DNA of 64,000 nucleotides from an uncultured Gammaproteobacteria bacterium (lineage in GTDB: Bacteria > Patescibacteriota > Microgenomatia > JAMCZE01). The stretch is taken from positions 143,757 through 207,756 of the forward strand of contig CAZXMM010000001.1 of the NCBI GenBank assembly GCA_964641255.1, written 5' to 3'. The position numbers and the translations under genes were made by a program. A model generated the notes under the pieces. That model was not told where the DNA came from, searched no databases, and saw only the letters and a program-made list of their open reading frames with translations. This document shows, one piece after another, positions 9,494 through 18,155 of the stretch; position 1 is the stretch's first letter; each line of letters starts with the position of its first letter.

Positions 9494-10203
9494 TCAAGCT
9501 GATAGTAAACGGTGATGATTTTGGCATAACAAAGGGAGTTAACAGAGGTATTCTCGAAACGGCTAAAAAGGGCATTTTGACCTCAACTTCGGTTATGGTC
9601 AATCGCCCATACGCCGCAAAAGTCAAAGAGTTTCATCAGACAGTCCCACAAGTAGGTATAGGCTTACACGTTGAGTTCGCAAAGGGGTTTCTTGATCGAA
9701 CTAAGAATCAAGGCGAGGTTGGACAAAGCGAAATCTTGCAGACTATCGAGGAGCAAATTACCAAGTTCAAGGATATGGCCGGATTTATGCCCGATCATAT
9801 GGACTTCCACAAGGTTGCTATTCGTCCGACCAAAACGTTTGTTATTGACGATATTTCCTTATTTAAGAATCCAGTTAACGCTGTCTCAGAGAAATATAAT
9901 CTTCCGTGGCGTGGAATAGATGAAATTACAGTTATTGATACCTTCCATGGAGCTATCTACGATTCGCAAAGTCATAAAAAGTCGAGCATGAATTTGGAAA
10001 GAATTTCTCCGGCTGCACTTATCAAGGTTTTAAGGTCGCTGAAAGATGGAACATACGAACTTATGACGCATCCTGGCTATGTTGATGAAGAATTAACCAG
10101 CAGCTATGCGCAAGAAAGGGAAGTAGAAGTAGCTACCCTTTGTGACCCAAAAGTTATTGAGGAGATTAAAAGATTAGATATAAAGCTCGTCCCATATGAG
10201 TAA
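9490..10203 (+). CDS. ChbG/YdjC family carbohydrate deacetylase
   Basis: Motifs LIVNGDDFG, GIGLH, PDHMDFH, ELMTHPG. Confidence 0.92.
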   Translation: MIKLIVNGDDFGITKGVNRGILETAKKGILTSTSVMVNRPYAAKVKEFHQTVPQVGIGLHVEFAKGFLDRTKNQGEVGQSEILQTIEEQITKFKDMAGFMPDHMDFHKVAIRPTKTFVIDDISLFKNPVNAVSEKYNLPWRGIDEITVIDTFHGAIYDSQSHKKSSMNLERISPAALIKVLRSLKDGTYELMTHPGYVDEELTSSYAQEREVEVATLCDPKVIEEIKRLDIKLVPYE

Positions 10204-10783
10204 AAAATCAAAAACAGAAAAAGGTGGACAGCGCTTAGAACCTGCCGGTTCAGGTACTGTTCAAATAGTGCAATTGTCTCCTAACGACTGGACCGTGCTT
10301 CGTGATCTGAAATTAAAATCAATTGATCAAGAGCCAATAGCTTTTGCTGATCCCGGACCAGAGCGAAATAAGTATGTTGCTAGAACGGAGGATGAATGGC
10401 GAGATATTCTTGCCGGCAAAATGTCGAATGGCGAGCCTGGCGAAACAGTCATGTTCTTTGCCAGAGTTGGTAATGAATATGTTGGTATGGTATCTGCGAT
10501 AGTGCCAGCTGATAGATCAAGGACGGCAACAATTCAGCATATGTTTGTCGACAGAACCCAGCGTGGACGTCATATTGGGCGACAGCTTCTTGAACATTTA
10601 GTCGTTGAACTAAAAAGTAAGCCAAATCTTGATAAGGCAGAGCTTCAAGTTGTGGCAACGCAGACTCCGGCGGTTATGCTCTATCAAAGTCTGGGCTTCC
10701 AGCAAACTAAAGTATTTGAAGGTGAAGCGGTTCGAGATGGCATATCTTATGACGAAATCGAAATGGAACTAGACTTGAGGTAG
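10196..10783 (+). CDS. GNAT N-acetyltransferase
   Basis: Motifs MFVDRTQRGRHIGRQL and AVMLYQSLGF. Confidence 0.9.
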   Translation: MSKKSKTEKGGQRLEPAGSGTVQIVQLSPNDWTVLRDLKLKSIDQEPIAFADPGPERNKYVARTEDEWRDILAGKMSNGEPGETVMFFARVGNEYVGMVSAIVPADRSRTATIQHMFVDRTQRGRHIGRQLLEHLVVELKSKPNLDKAELQVVATQTPAVMLYQSLGFQQTKVFEGEAVRDGISYDEIEMELDLR

Positions 10784-10978
10784 TTCTATTTGTAAGAACG
10801 AATAAGATCGCAAAACTTCCAAGCTAGCTAGTGATATTTCTCGGTTAAGAAATGCGTCCTTCAAGGGGAGCCAGATTTTTGAAATTTCTTGATAATCACC
10901 CTAGGACAAAACAAGATAGGGAAGCGGGGTAGGTTATAAAAGTGGTAGGTGAGACTCACTCCACCCGGCGAGTAGTGA

Positions 10979-11185
10979 TTACATTAGCTGGGTATAAACC
11001 ATTGTCCCGAAGATAGCACCAATTACCGTAAGAACAAACTTTAGGATTTTATTACTCTCGCTTTTCTTAAAAAGAAGGTAAAGGCCAACAATCGGGATGG
11101 CAAAGACCATAAAGAAAATCCCAGGAACCAGGTAAAGAAGCGTTGCAGTGTCACTGTTTGCTTTTACTGGTTTGCTATCTGCCAT
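10979..11185 (-). CDS. Small two-TM membrane protein
   Basis: 68 aa, two hydrophobic helices, follows the PsbP-like gene closely. Confidence 0.6.
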   Translation of the reverse strand: MADSKPVKANSDTATLLYLVPGIFFMVFAIPIVGLYLLFKKSESNKILKFVLTVIGAIFGTMVYTQLM

Positions 11186-11189
11186 ATGT

Positions 11190-11723
11190 CTACCAAATTT
11201 CTACCGTGTCAAGCATTGCTTGAGCTTGCGGGAGATATTGGTCATAGGTTTCAGGGAAAGCGGTGTAAGAGAAGGCGTATGACTTTCCGTTTTTAAGGTT
11301 CCAAACTTGAAGGTTTTTGTATTGGTTGCCGTCCACAGCGTTCATGTAAACTACTTTGTGGTATTGCACTCCGTTTAGGGTAATATCTGACTGTTCAACC
11401 AGTTTATAGCCAGGAATCTGAGTTACTGCAGCCATGGCTAGCTTGGTATAAGTGGTTAAGGTCATGCCTTCATCAATTTGATCGTCAATTAGGAACTTAA
11501 ATTCTGCCTCTTTGCCTTTTGTGAAGGCCACTTTTATGATTGTAGGCTCTTTGTACTCGGTCTTTACCCAATCGGATGGGTATTTGAACTTCACTTTCAG
11601 AACTGGATTGTAGTAATCTTTTGTCCCTGCAACTGTTTTTTGGGTGTTGACGTTAGTCGTTGGGAAGATACCATTTGGACGAAGAAGTTTAAGACAAGCT
11701 ACACCAACTACAGAAGGCTCCAT
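11190..11723 (-). CDS. PsbP/DcrB-like domain protein
   Basis: Pattern FKYPSDW...ITLNG...YAFSYTA...YDQYLPQAQAMLDTVEI. Confidence 0.75.
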   Translation of the reverse strand: MEPSVVGVACLKLLRPNGIFPTTNVNTQKTVAGTKDYYNPVLKVKFKYPSDWVKTEYKEPTIIKVAFTKGKEAEFKFLIDDQIDEGMTLTTYTKLAMAAVTQIPGYKLVEQSDITLNGVQYHKVVYMNAVDGNQYKNLQVWNLKNGKSYAFSYTAFPETYDQYLPQAQAMLDTVEIW

Positions 11724-11744
11724 ATTTTGTGATAGAATTTATCT

Positions 11745-12419
11745 GTGAACCCCTACGTAGTCTTCGCTTTATTGTTTCTGGGTTTAAGTAATTGGATCCA
11801 ACTTCGTTATCTTCTCGGAAATTTATTTGTACACCACAAACTTAGCAATACGGATGGAAAAGGGTTACTTGCCTCATTGAACAGAAAAACTGGATTGAAT
11901 TTATCAATTAAATTAATAGATGGACGAGATAAAGCAATCGGATTCATGGTTAGTAGTCCTCCATTTAAACCTGTGATGATATTTTCGGAAAAACTATATG
12001 AATTACTGAATAAGGATGAGTTTGAGTGGGTGGCCTTACACGAGTCTGGCCACTATTTAATGTGGCATAACTTGAAAATGGCCCTAACACAATTGGCTGT
12101 CGGCACGCTTGGAATAGCGCTTCTAAGTTTATTGCCGAGTTCCTTATTAACTCCAGCATTACTATCGGTGATTCTTAGTATTTTGTATATCCAATTAGCA
12201 AAGATTTACGAATATCAGGCAGACAATTATTCTGTTACCAACATGGACAATCCAAAAGGAATGATATCTGGAAACATTAAAATGAAAAAAGCAAATATGA
12301 CTCTAGGTGGTAATAAAATTTTACAGTTGGTATGGGTCATCGCTGTTCCCTACGAGAAACGGATAGCGATGGCAGAGAAGGAGATTGATCGGAGAGAGGG
12401 TAAAGGACAAAAATCTTAA
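11745..12419 (+). CDS. M48/M56-like membrane zinc metalloprotease
   Basis: HESGH (HExxH), EYQAD, TM segments. Confidence 0.8.
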   Translation: MNPYVVFALLFLGLSNWIQLRYLLGNLFVHHKLSNTDGKGLLASLNRKTGLNLSIKLIDGRDKAIGFMVSSPPFKPVMIFSEKLYELLNKDEFEWVALHESGHYLMWHNLKMALTQLAVGTLGIALLSLLPSSLLTPALLSVILSILYIQLAKIYEYQADNYSVTNMDNPKGMISGNIKMKKANMTLGGNKILQLVWVIAVPYEKRIAMAEKEIDRREGKGQKS

Positions 12420-12598
12420 ATCTGTGCGCAAAAGTTCCAAACTCCATCTTTTAGTCTACCGAAGCTGAAGGCGAAGGGGACCGCCAGGGCGGTCTCTATC
12501 CTATAGTTTGGTTACCTTCTTGTTTTGCGACAAAATACAAGCATGGGTAAGGAAGATGACGAAAATCTGCCGTACGAATCCCTACTTTATTTGCCCTC

Positions 12599-12646
12599 TT
12601 GACATATTAGAACATGTGTTCTATTATAACTAGAACATCTGTTCTA
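12599..12646 (+). promoter_or_regulatory. Sigma70 promoter with two TetR-type palindromic operators
   Basis: TTGACA-N17-TATTAT; TAGAACATGTGTTCTA (12608-12623) and TAGAACATCTGTTCTA (12631-12646). Confidence 0.8.
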
Positions 12647-12649
12647 TAT

Positions 12650-13225
12650 ATGAGAGTTAACACCAAACAAATTATTCTTCAAAAGGCAACCCGAGTATTT
12701 GCTAAAAATGTGTATCAACATTTCAGCATAAGAAATGTTGCTAAAGAAATTCCACTGGCTCACTCTGTTTTATATCACTATTTTAAGGACGAAGAAGAAT
12801 TATTGAAGGAGATGTATGAATCTTTGAACAGTGCCCTTGGTGAAAAGAGAGCAAAATTGCCAAAAACTAAAACTGCGTCTGAAATGCTCAAACAACGTAT
12901 TAAATTTCAGATTGAGAATGAAGAAGAAATAGTTGCTGTTTTAAAGTATTACCTTTCTCATAGAAAGAATTTTAAAAGATTTAAAAATGGCTTTGTTCCT
13001 GACAAAAGCTCACTACATATAGAAGAGGTTTTACGATTTGGAATGGAAACGAAAGAATTTTTTGTCGAAAATCTGGATGATGATGCAAAAGTAATAACAC
13101 ATGCAATTAATGGCTTTCTACTTGAATACTATCCTCATATCCCAACGGGGAAAGAAAAAAACGAACTCGTTGATAGAATCTTTAACTTTTTAATAAGAGC
13201 CTTGAAGGGAGGTGAAAACAAATGA
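12650..13225 (+). CDS. TetR/AcrR family regulator
   Basis: ILQKATRVFA...SIRNVAKEI...LYHYFKDEEEL. Confidence 0.9.
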   Translation: MRVNTKQIILQKATRVFAKNVYQHFSIRNVAKEIPLAHSVLYHYFKDEEELLKEMYESLNSALGEKRAKLPKTKTASEMLKQRIKFQIENEEEIVAVLKYYLSHRKNFKRFKNGFVPDKSSLHIEEVLRFGMETKEFFVENLDDDAKVITHAINGFLLEYYPHIPTGKEKNELVDRIFNFLIRALKGGENK

Positions 13226-13419
13226 AATTGATAAATATTTTAACTTTAGTACTTGTTGTTGTAGGGGGTCTTAACTGGGGTCTTGTTGGATTATTCAAAT
13301 TTAATCTAGTAACTACTTTATTCGGTGAAGCATCAATACTTTCAAGTATAGTTTTCGTTCTTGTTGGTCTTTCTGCTGCTTACGTTGCAGCTATTATGTT
13401 GCCAAAAGAGATGAAGTAA
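13222..13419 (+). CDS. DUF378 family membrane protein
   Basis: LVVVGGLNWGLVGLF; SD GGAGGT upstream. Confidence 0.9.
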   Translation: MKLINILTLVLVVVGGLNWGLVGLFKFNLVTTLFGEASILSSIVFVLVGLSAAYVAAIMLPKEMK

Positions 13420-13430
13420 TTACAACTTAG

Positions 13431-13451
13431 GTGGCACAGTCCTTGTGCCAC
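13431..13451 (+). terminator. Hairpin after the tetR-DUF378 pair
   Basis: GTGGCACA-gtcct-TGTGCCAC. Confidence 0.5.
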
Positions 13452-13845
13452 CAGTAGTGATAGGTACCAATAGTATTTCTTTTGAGGGTGTAGAGTTGGG
13501 GAAGCTAGGCTGCAGACTAGCTTCCCTATATAAAGATTTGTTACAAACTAGATAAAAAAGGTTTCAAAAGCACTATCAATTTTGCTATTAGCATTAATTA
13601 TCTTTATTCCCCATACCGATTATGCACACCAGCCCGTCTTACAGAAACAAACATACTCTAGTGACTGATTCGAAAATTTCTAAGACATATTACGACAAGC
13701 TCAGTAGTAAGCGGAATACGTACTTCTCTTGGGGATCCTTTACTTATTTTTTGGGGCTTTGCTCTTTTCGGAGCATTAGTTAGCATTTTATACTGTGTTT
13801 GGCAAAAAATATTCGTCCTATAAATAATTAAGGTATAATTTAAAC

Positions 13846-14244
13846 ATGAATACTGCCTATAATTGGTATCAACAATTAATAAAGCCTTCATGGGCGCCCC
13901 CGTCTTTTCTTTTTGGACCCGTATGGACAGTACTTTATATTCTCATAGCCGCTTCATTTGGTAAGGTATTTTTGATGGCTTTTCAAAAACAGATACCTTT
14001 AATAGTTATTTTGCCATTTGTGCTGAATCTTATATTCAATTTTGCTTTTACACCGATTCAATTTGGTCTAAAGAATAATTTTCTTGCCAGTATTGATATT
14101 TTGCTTGTGCTTATAACCATTATTTGGACAATTTTTGTAATTTATCCCCATGCTCGTTGGCTTGCCTACCTACAAATTCCATATCTATTTTGGGTAGTTT
14201 TTGCAACCTGCTTACAACTGACAATTACTTATTTAAACTGGTAA
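13846..14244 (+). CDS. tspO: TspO/MBR family tryptophan-rich sensory protein
   Basis: WYQQLIKPSWAPPSFLFGPVWTVLY and PYLFWVVFA. Confidence 0.93.
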   Translation: MNTAYNWYQQLIKPSWAPPSFLFGPVWTVLYILIAASFGKVFLMAFQKQIPLIVILPFVLNLIFNFAFTPIQFGLKNNFLASIDILLVLITIIWTIFVIYPHARWLAYLQIPYLFWVVFATCLQLTITYLNW

Positions 14245-14443
14245 ATCTACGAATACGGGGTAATGCCTAATTGTAATTTATTTTTCTCCATTCTGGCTGT
14301 GTTCTAAAACACTCATGTAAGCTAGTTTCTAAATTGCGCCAAAACCTTAGGGTATAATAAGTCGAGGCTCGGAGAGCTAATGAAAGTGGGCACGAGCCTT
14401 TCCTGTTCTCGGCAGAATATTGGGACTTTTGTAGAATCTAGAT

Positions 14444-15010
14444 ATGAAGGTAAAAGACAAGGCAGGAAATATCTATAACAAGTCGGCAAAATTGTGGCAT
14501 CAGACCAGAGCGGCAACGCTGGAGCGAACTAATGATCCCAAACTACCGAAACAGAATCGCCCCCATTTGTTTATAGAAAAGCCAGCGTGTATTCCAAAGT
14601 ACCAGACTTAAGTGGGAAGAGGGTTTTGTGTTTGGGGTGTGGTTCGGGGGGAGAAACTGAATTTTTACTTACCAAGAAACCAGCCGAGCTATTTGGAGCC
14701 GATATTTCGGAAAAATTAATTAAGTTTGCTAAAAAAGCGTACCGGAGGACATGTTTTTCAGTCATCGATGTGGAAAGCTTGATCTTCCCAAGTAATCGAT
14801 TTGATTTTGTCTATTCCAGCTTGCGGGTTGACTGTTTTGAGAGTTGGGAGAAGATGCTTTCGGAAGTAAGAAGGGTCTTAATGCCAAATGGAATATTCCT
14901 TTTTTCAGACAGTCACCCTGTTAAAATGACGCAGAAAGTATGACATCGATTATTGGGAAGTCAATAAAAAAATCCCAAATTTTATAATTTTCGAGCGTCA
15001 GAAAATTTAT
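14444..15010 (+). pseudogene. Frameshifted class I SAM methyltransferase
   Basis: Frame from ATG 14444 reads ...HLFIEKPA, then shifts near 14585 to YSKVPDLSGKRVLCLGCGSG; early stop at 14943; 3' end approximate. Confidence 0.75.
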
Positions 15011-15055
15011 GAGTAAGTACCTAAAACAATTTCTATTACTCAATACAATCAACTT

Positions 15056-15406
15056 ATGACTTTAAGTACTTCTTGGTTTGAGATTTCTGTGACTGACTTA
15101 ACAAGAGCCATGAATTTTTATAGTCATGTTTTTGGAGTTGAGTTTCGAGTCGAAAGTATTCACAGAAATGAAATGGCCATATTCCCTGATAGGGTTGGTG
15201 CTCTTGCGAAAGGAGCTAGTTATAAACCGTCAAAATATGGAACCAGGATTTATCTTAATGTTGAAAACATTGACAAGGTTTTAAAAAGGGCTATAGAAAA
15301 GGATGGCAAAGTATTATTTCCCAAAACGGCTGTTGGGGTGTATGGATTTGTGGCAGAAATCGAGGATTCGGAGGGCAATTGCATCGCTTTAAGTTCTACG
15401 TGTTAG
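15056..15406 (+). CDS. VOC/glyoxalase family protein
   Basis: WFEISVTDLTRAMNFY...IEDSEGNCIAL. Confidence 0.9.
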   Translation: MTLSTSWFEISVTDLTRAMNFYSHVFGVEFRVESIHRNEMAIFPDRVGALAKGASYKPSKYGTRIYLNVENIDKVLKRAIEKDGKVLFPKTAVGVYGFVAEIEDSEGNCIALSSTC

Positions 15407-15416
15407 AATAAATTAA

Positions 15417-15917
15417 ATGAGTAAACTAATTAGCTGCATCTGGTTTGCTAATAATGACGGAGAAGAGGCAGCTAAATACTACCTCGATACTTTCAACTCA
15501 GCCCCCGGTGACCATAGTGCAGAAATGGGAGACATCACAAAAACCCCTAAAGCAGTAGAAGAGGTGGGGGGAAGACCAAGGGGATCTGTTTTAACTGCCG
15601 AATATGAACTTGATGGAATAAGCTTCATGGCTCTTAACGGGGGTCCCGTTGATCAGTTCAAGCTTAATGGTGCCACTTCATATATTGTTGAGTGTGAGAC
15701 ACAAGAAGAAATTGATTTCTTCTGGGAAAAACTCTCAAGTGTTCCCGAAGCGGAGCAGTGTGGCTGGTGCACGGATAAATTTGGGGTAACGTGGCAAATA
15801 GTACCCAGAATCCTAGATGAGTTAATGCGTAATCCCGAAAAGGCCGAAGCCCTAACAGCTGCTTTTATGCCTATGAAAAAAATTGATCTTGAAACAATTC
15901 GAAAAGCTGGCGAATAA
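15417..15917 (+). CDS. VOC family, PhnB/3-dmu-9_3-mt-like protein
   Basis: FMALNGGP and CGWCTDKFGVTWQIVP. Confidence 0.9.
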   Translation: MSKLISCIWFANNDGEEAAKYYLDTFNSAPGDHSAEMGDITKTPKAVEEVGGRPRGSVLTAEYELDGISFMALNGGPVDQFKLNGATSYIVECETQEEIDFFWEKLSSVPEAEQCGWCTDKFGVTWQIVPRILDELMRNPEKAEALTAAFMPMKKIDLETIRKAGE

Positions 15918-16031
15918 ATTTGACAAGATTTTACAAAAATAATTTAAGACAGTTTTAAAGTAACCCATATTGTTTTCGGCACTTCGGCAAAGAAATCATC
16001 ACCGACTTTGGGATTTTGATTAAATCAATTT

Positions 16032-16778
16032 ATGAATAAGAAACGAGGAAATGTGTTAGTCATTATTCTCGGAGTGTTGCTAGTTGTTGCCGTTTCCGTA
16101 GGGGGATATTTTTATTGGCAAACTCAATCTTTATCCAAGGATACAGATTTGGTTTCAATCGTAAAAGAGACAAAGCCAATTCAGACGCTTGAGCCCAAAG
16201 GGTCAGAGCCGCCTGCTAATCGAAGAGCTTTTGAAACTGCGGTTTTAAAAGTGGTTGCCCAAGGAGGCCTGGACCTAGATCTGTATGAAGTCTCAGTCAC
16301 TTTTACAAAAGAGGAAGGCGAGATGGTGGCAGTAGTAAAGAGGGTCGATGCTGATAACCCCTTCTATCGAGGGGCGGGAGATGAAAAATTAGTTATCCAG
16401 AGAGGAAAAGACCAATTGACAGTTAGACCAGTGTTTGAGGGCGTGGGATCGGCTCTTTCTAAAAAACTAACCACAGAAGTTGTTTATAACAATAGCCTGA
16501 CGAGGAAACCCATTTATCGATTAGTGGAAAAGGATGTAAGCGGCAATAATGGTCTGAGGGGGTCTGTGTATACAACACAATACACCGATGATCCCGAAAT
16601 ATGTAGTGCATTCCAGTCTATTGATGTAAAGGCTTATCCCGCCTGTATTCCTGGGGGATTGGATATTTTCCTCCAAGACGGAAACCACGTGTCGATTCAT
16701 TGCTCGCTAGAAAGAAGTGATGCAATGTGGTGTGATGATAAGGTTAAAAGTCTAGCCGTTTCTGTAAGGAAGCTATAA
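16032..16778 (+). CDS. Membrane-anchored hypothetical protein
   Basis: N-terminus MNKKRG plus TM helix; four Cys in the C-terminal part. Confidence 0.7.
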   Translation: MNKKRGNVLVIILGVLLVVAVSVGGYFYWQTQSLSKDTDLVSIVKETKPIQTLEPKGSEPPANRRAFETAVLKVVAQGGLDLDLYEVSVTFTKEEGEMVAVVKRVDADNPFYRGAGDEKLVIQRGKDQLTVRPVFEGVGSALSKKLTTEVVYNNSLTRKPIYRLVEKDVSGNNGLRGSVYTTQYTDDPEICSAFQSIDVKAYPACIPGGLDIFLQDGNHVSIHCSLERSDAMWCDDKVKSLAVSVRKL

Positions 16779-17078
16779 CATTGTCTGAGACCAAGGCTCT
16801 GAGAGGTTGCGCAGACGATAGAGACGGACCTCCATATACTACTTAGAATAGAATCCCAAAATTCATTCGCCCCGCACAGTCAAGCCGCTGAGAAAGGATT
16901 TGGTAAGCTTACATCGTTGTTCTGTTCGTAAGAATTTTCCTGAAATCCTAGGTTATACCGAGCCGGATCAGAGAAAATACGGTGAGACCAATGACGATTA
17001 CAGGATTAGTGAATGATAAGAGGTTGATAGGAATCGAAATTGATATAGGTCCGAGCCCTCCCTTGGTATAATTTAGTT

Positions 17079-17560
17079 ATGAGTCGGCAAAACGGGGCGT
17101 TTTTGATTTTATTCAAGGACGACTTAAGAAAGGAGGTCTTTTTGGTGTTGCGGACAGATTATCCTGTTTGGGTTCTAACTGGTGGAGGAATTAAACCAGG
17201 AGAAACACCAGAAGAAGCTGCTTTTGAGAGAGTGTTATGAAGAAACAGGTTTTAAGGTTAAGTTAGTTGGACCAATTGGAAAATATGTTTATCCTGATAA
17301 AATAAGCTTTATTTTTTAAGGTCGCCATATTGCTGGCTCTTATAGAGCAGAGTTTGTTGGCAATATCGGCAAGTGGTTTCCTGTAAATAGTCTGCCGCCA
17401 GAGATTATTGGCACACCACGGCAGATAATATTGGATGCAGTTTCTCATAAAGATAAGCCGATCATAAAAAATATCAGTTGGTGGCAAGCCTTTATCTTTA
17501 CTAAACTCTTGGCTATTCGCCACCCCAGGATTTTCTTAAAATATCTTCTAAGGAAGAGTA
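17079..17560 (+). pseudogene. Frameshifted NUDIX hydrolase
   Basis: WVLTGGGIKPGETPEEAA, then a frameshift near 17225 to RECYEETG; 3' end approximate. Confidence 0.8.
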
Positions 17561-17569
17561 AATAATCTT

Positions 17570-17824
17570 ATGGCAAAATATATAGTTTCTGGCGGTGTAG
17601 TCCACGCCACCCCACCCGATTTGAGCAAAGCTTTAGCTGCCGACTTGAAGGCGTGGGAGATTTGGGAGAATCTTACCCCGCTGGCCCGCAACGAATGGAT
17701 CTGTTGGACGACCTCTGTTCAAAAAGATAAGACGAGGGGTGAGCATATAAAAAGGGTAGTTGGTGAACTTAAAGAGGGCATGCGGCGGCCGTGTTGTTGG
17801 GCCGGTTGCCAACATCGGCAGTAA
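17570..17824 (+). CDS. YdeI/OmpD-associated family protein
   Basis: PPDLSKAL...LTPLARNEWICW...RRPCCWAGC. Confidence 0.85.
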   Translation: MAKYIVSGGVVHATPPDLSKALAADLKAWEIWENLTPLARNEWICWTTSVQKDKTRGEHIKRVVGELKEGMRRPCCWAGCQHRQ

Positions 17825-17838
17825 GCATCGAGTAACCT

Positions 17839-17867
17839 TTGACATATACCCCCCCAGGGTATATGAT
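17839..17867 (+). promoter_or_regulatory. Promoter with a CsoR-type operator
   Basis: TTGACA-N17-TATGAT enclosing the inverted repeat CATATACCC-CCCCA-GGGTATATG. Confidence 0.85.
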
Positions 17868-17874
17868 TACTACC

Positions 17875-18153
17875 ATGAAGTCTCACTATCAAGATGGCAA
17901 AGTTCAGGCTCAAAAGAGAGTCAATATTATTAGGGGCCAACTGGACGGACTTCTTAAAATGATCGAGAGAGATGAATATTGTGTCGACCTTCTTAACCAA
18001 AGTTTAGCCATTCAAAATTCTCTTCGCAGTCTGGATTCTGTACTTTTTGAACGCCACGTGTCCACTCACGTTCCACACCAATTCCACACTGATCCCAATA
18101 AAGCCAGTCATGAGCTAGTTGCCCTCTTTAAACGGATTAATAAAAAAAGCTGA
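17875..18153 (+). CDS. csoR: CsoR/RcnR metal-sensing repressor
   Basis: [25 protein letters not shown]...HVSTH (C-H-H ligand pattern). Confidence 0.85.
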   Translation: MKSHYQDGKVQAQKRVNIIRGQLDGLLKMIERDEYCVDLLNQSLAIQNSLRSLDSVLFERHVSTHVPHQFHTDPNKASHELVALFKRINKKS

Positions 18154-18155
18154 CT

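Larger units (their letters stand above)
7571..17830. mobile_element. tRNA-Asn-anchored accessory island / cassette array (right border approximate)
   Basis: Unrelated small genes, a serine recombinase remnant, repeated att-like scars and several pseudogenes. Confidence 0.7.

Noticed and set aside
12460-12497. REP-like hairpins (CCGAAGCTGAAGGCGAAGG; GACCGCC-agg-GCGGTC)
   Set aside because: Single copy in the window; cannot be supported as a repeat family. May be a leftover element arm.
14520-14550. Possible att scar (GSLGSLVRS on the minus strand)
   Set aside because: It lies inside the 5' part of the methyltransferase pseudogene, so it is probably chance.
7571-17830. Classical integron
   Set aside because: No tyrosine integrase IntI, and no attC-type palindromes (RYYYAAC...GTTRRRY) recognised. 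The spacers match serine-recombinase att arms instead.
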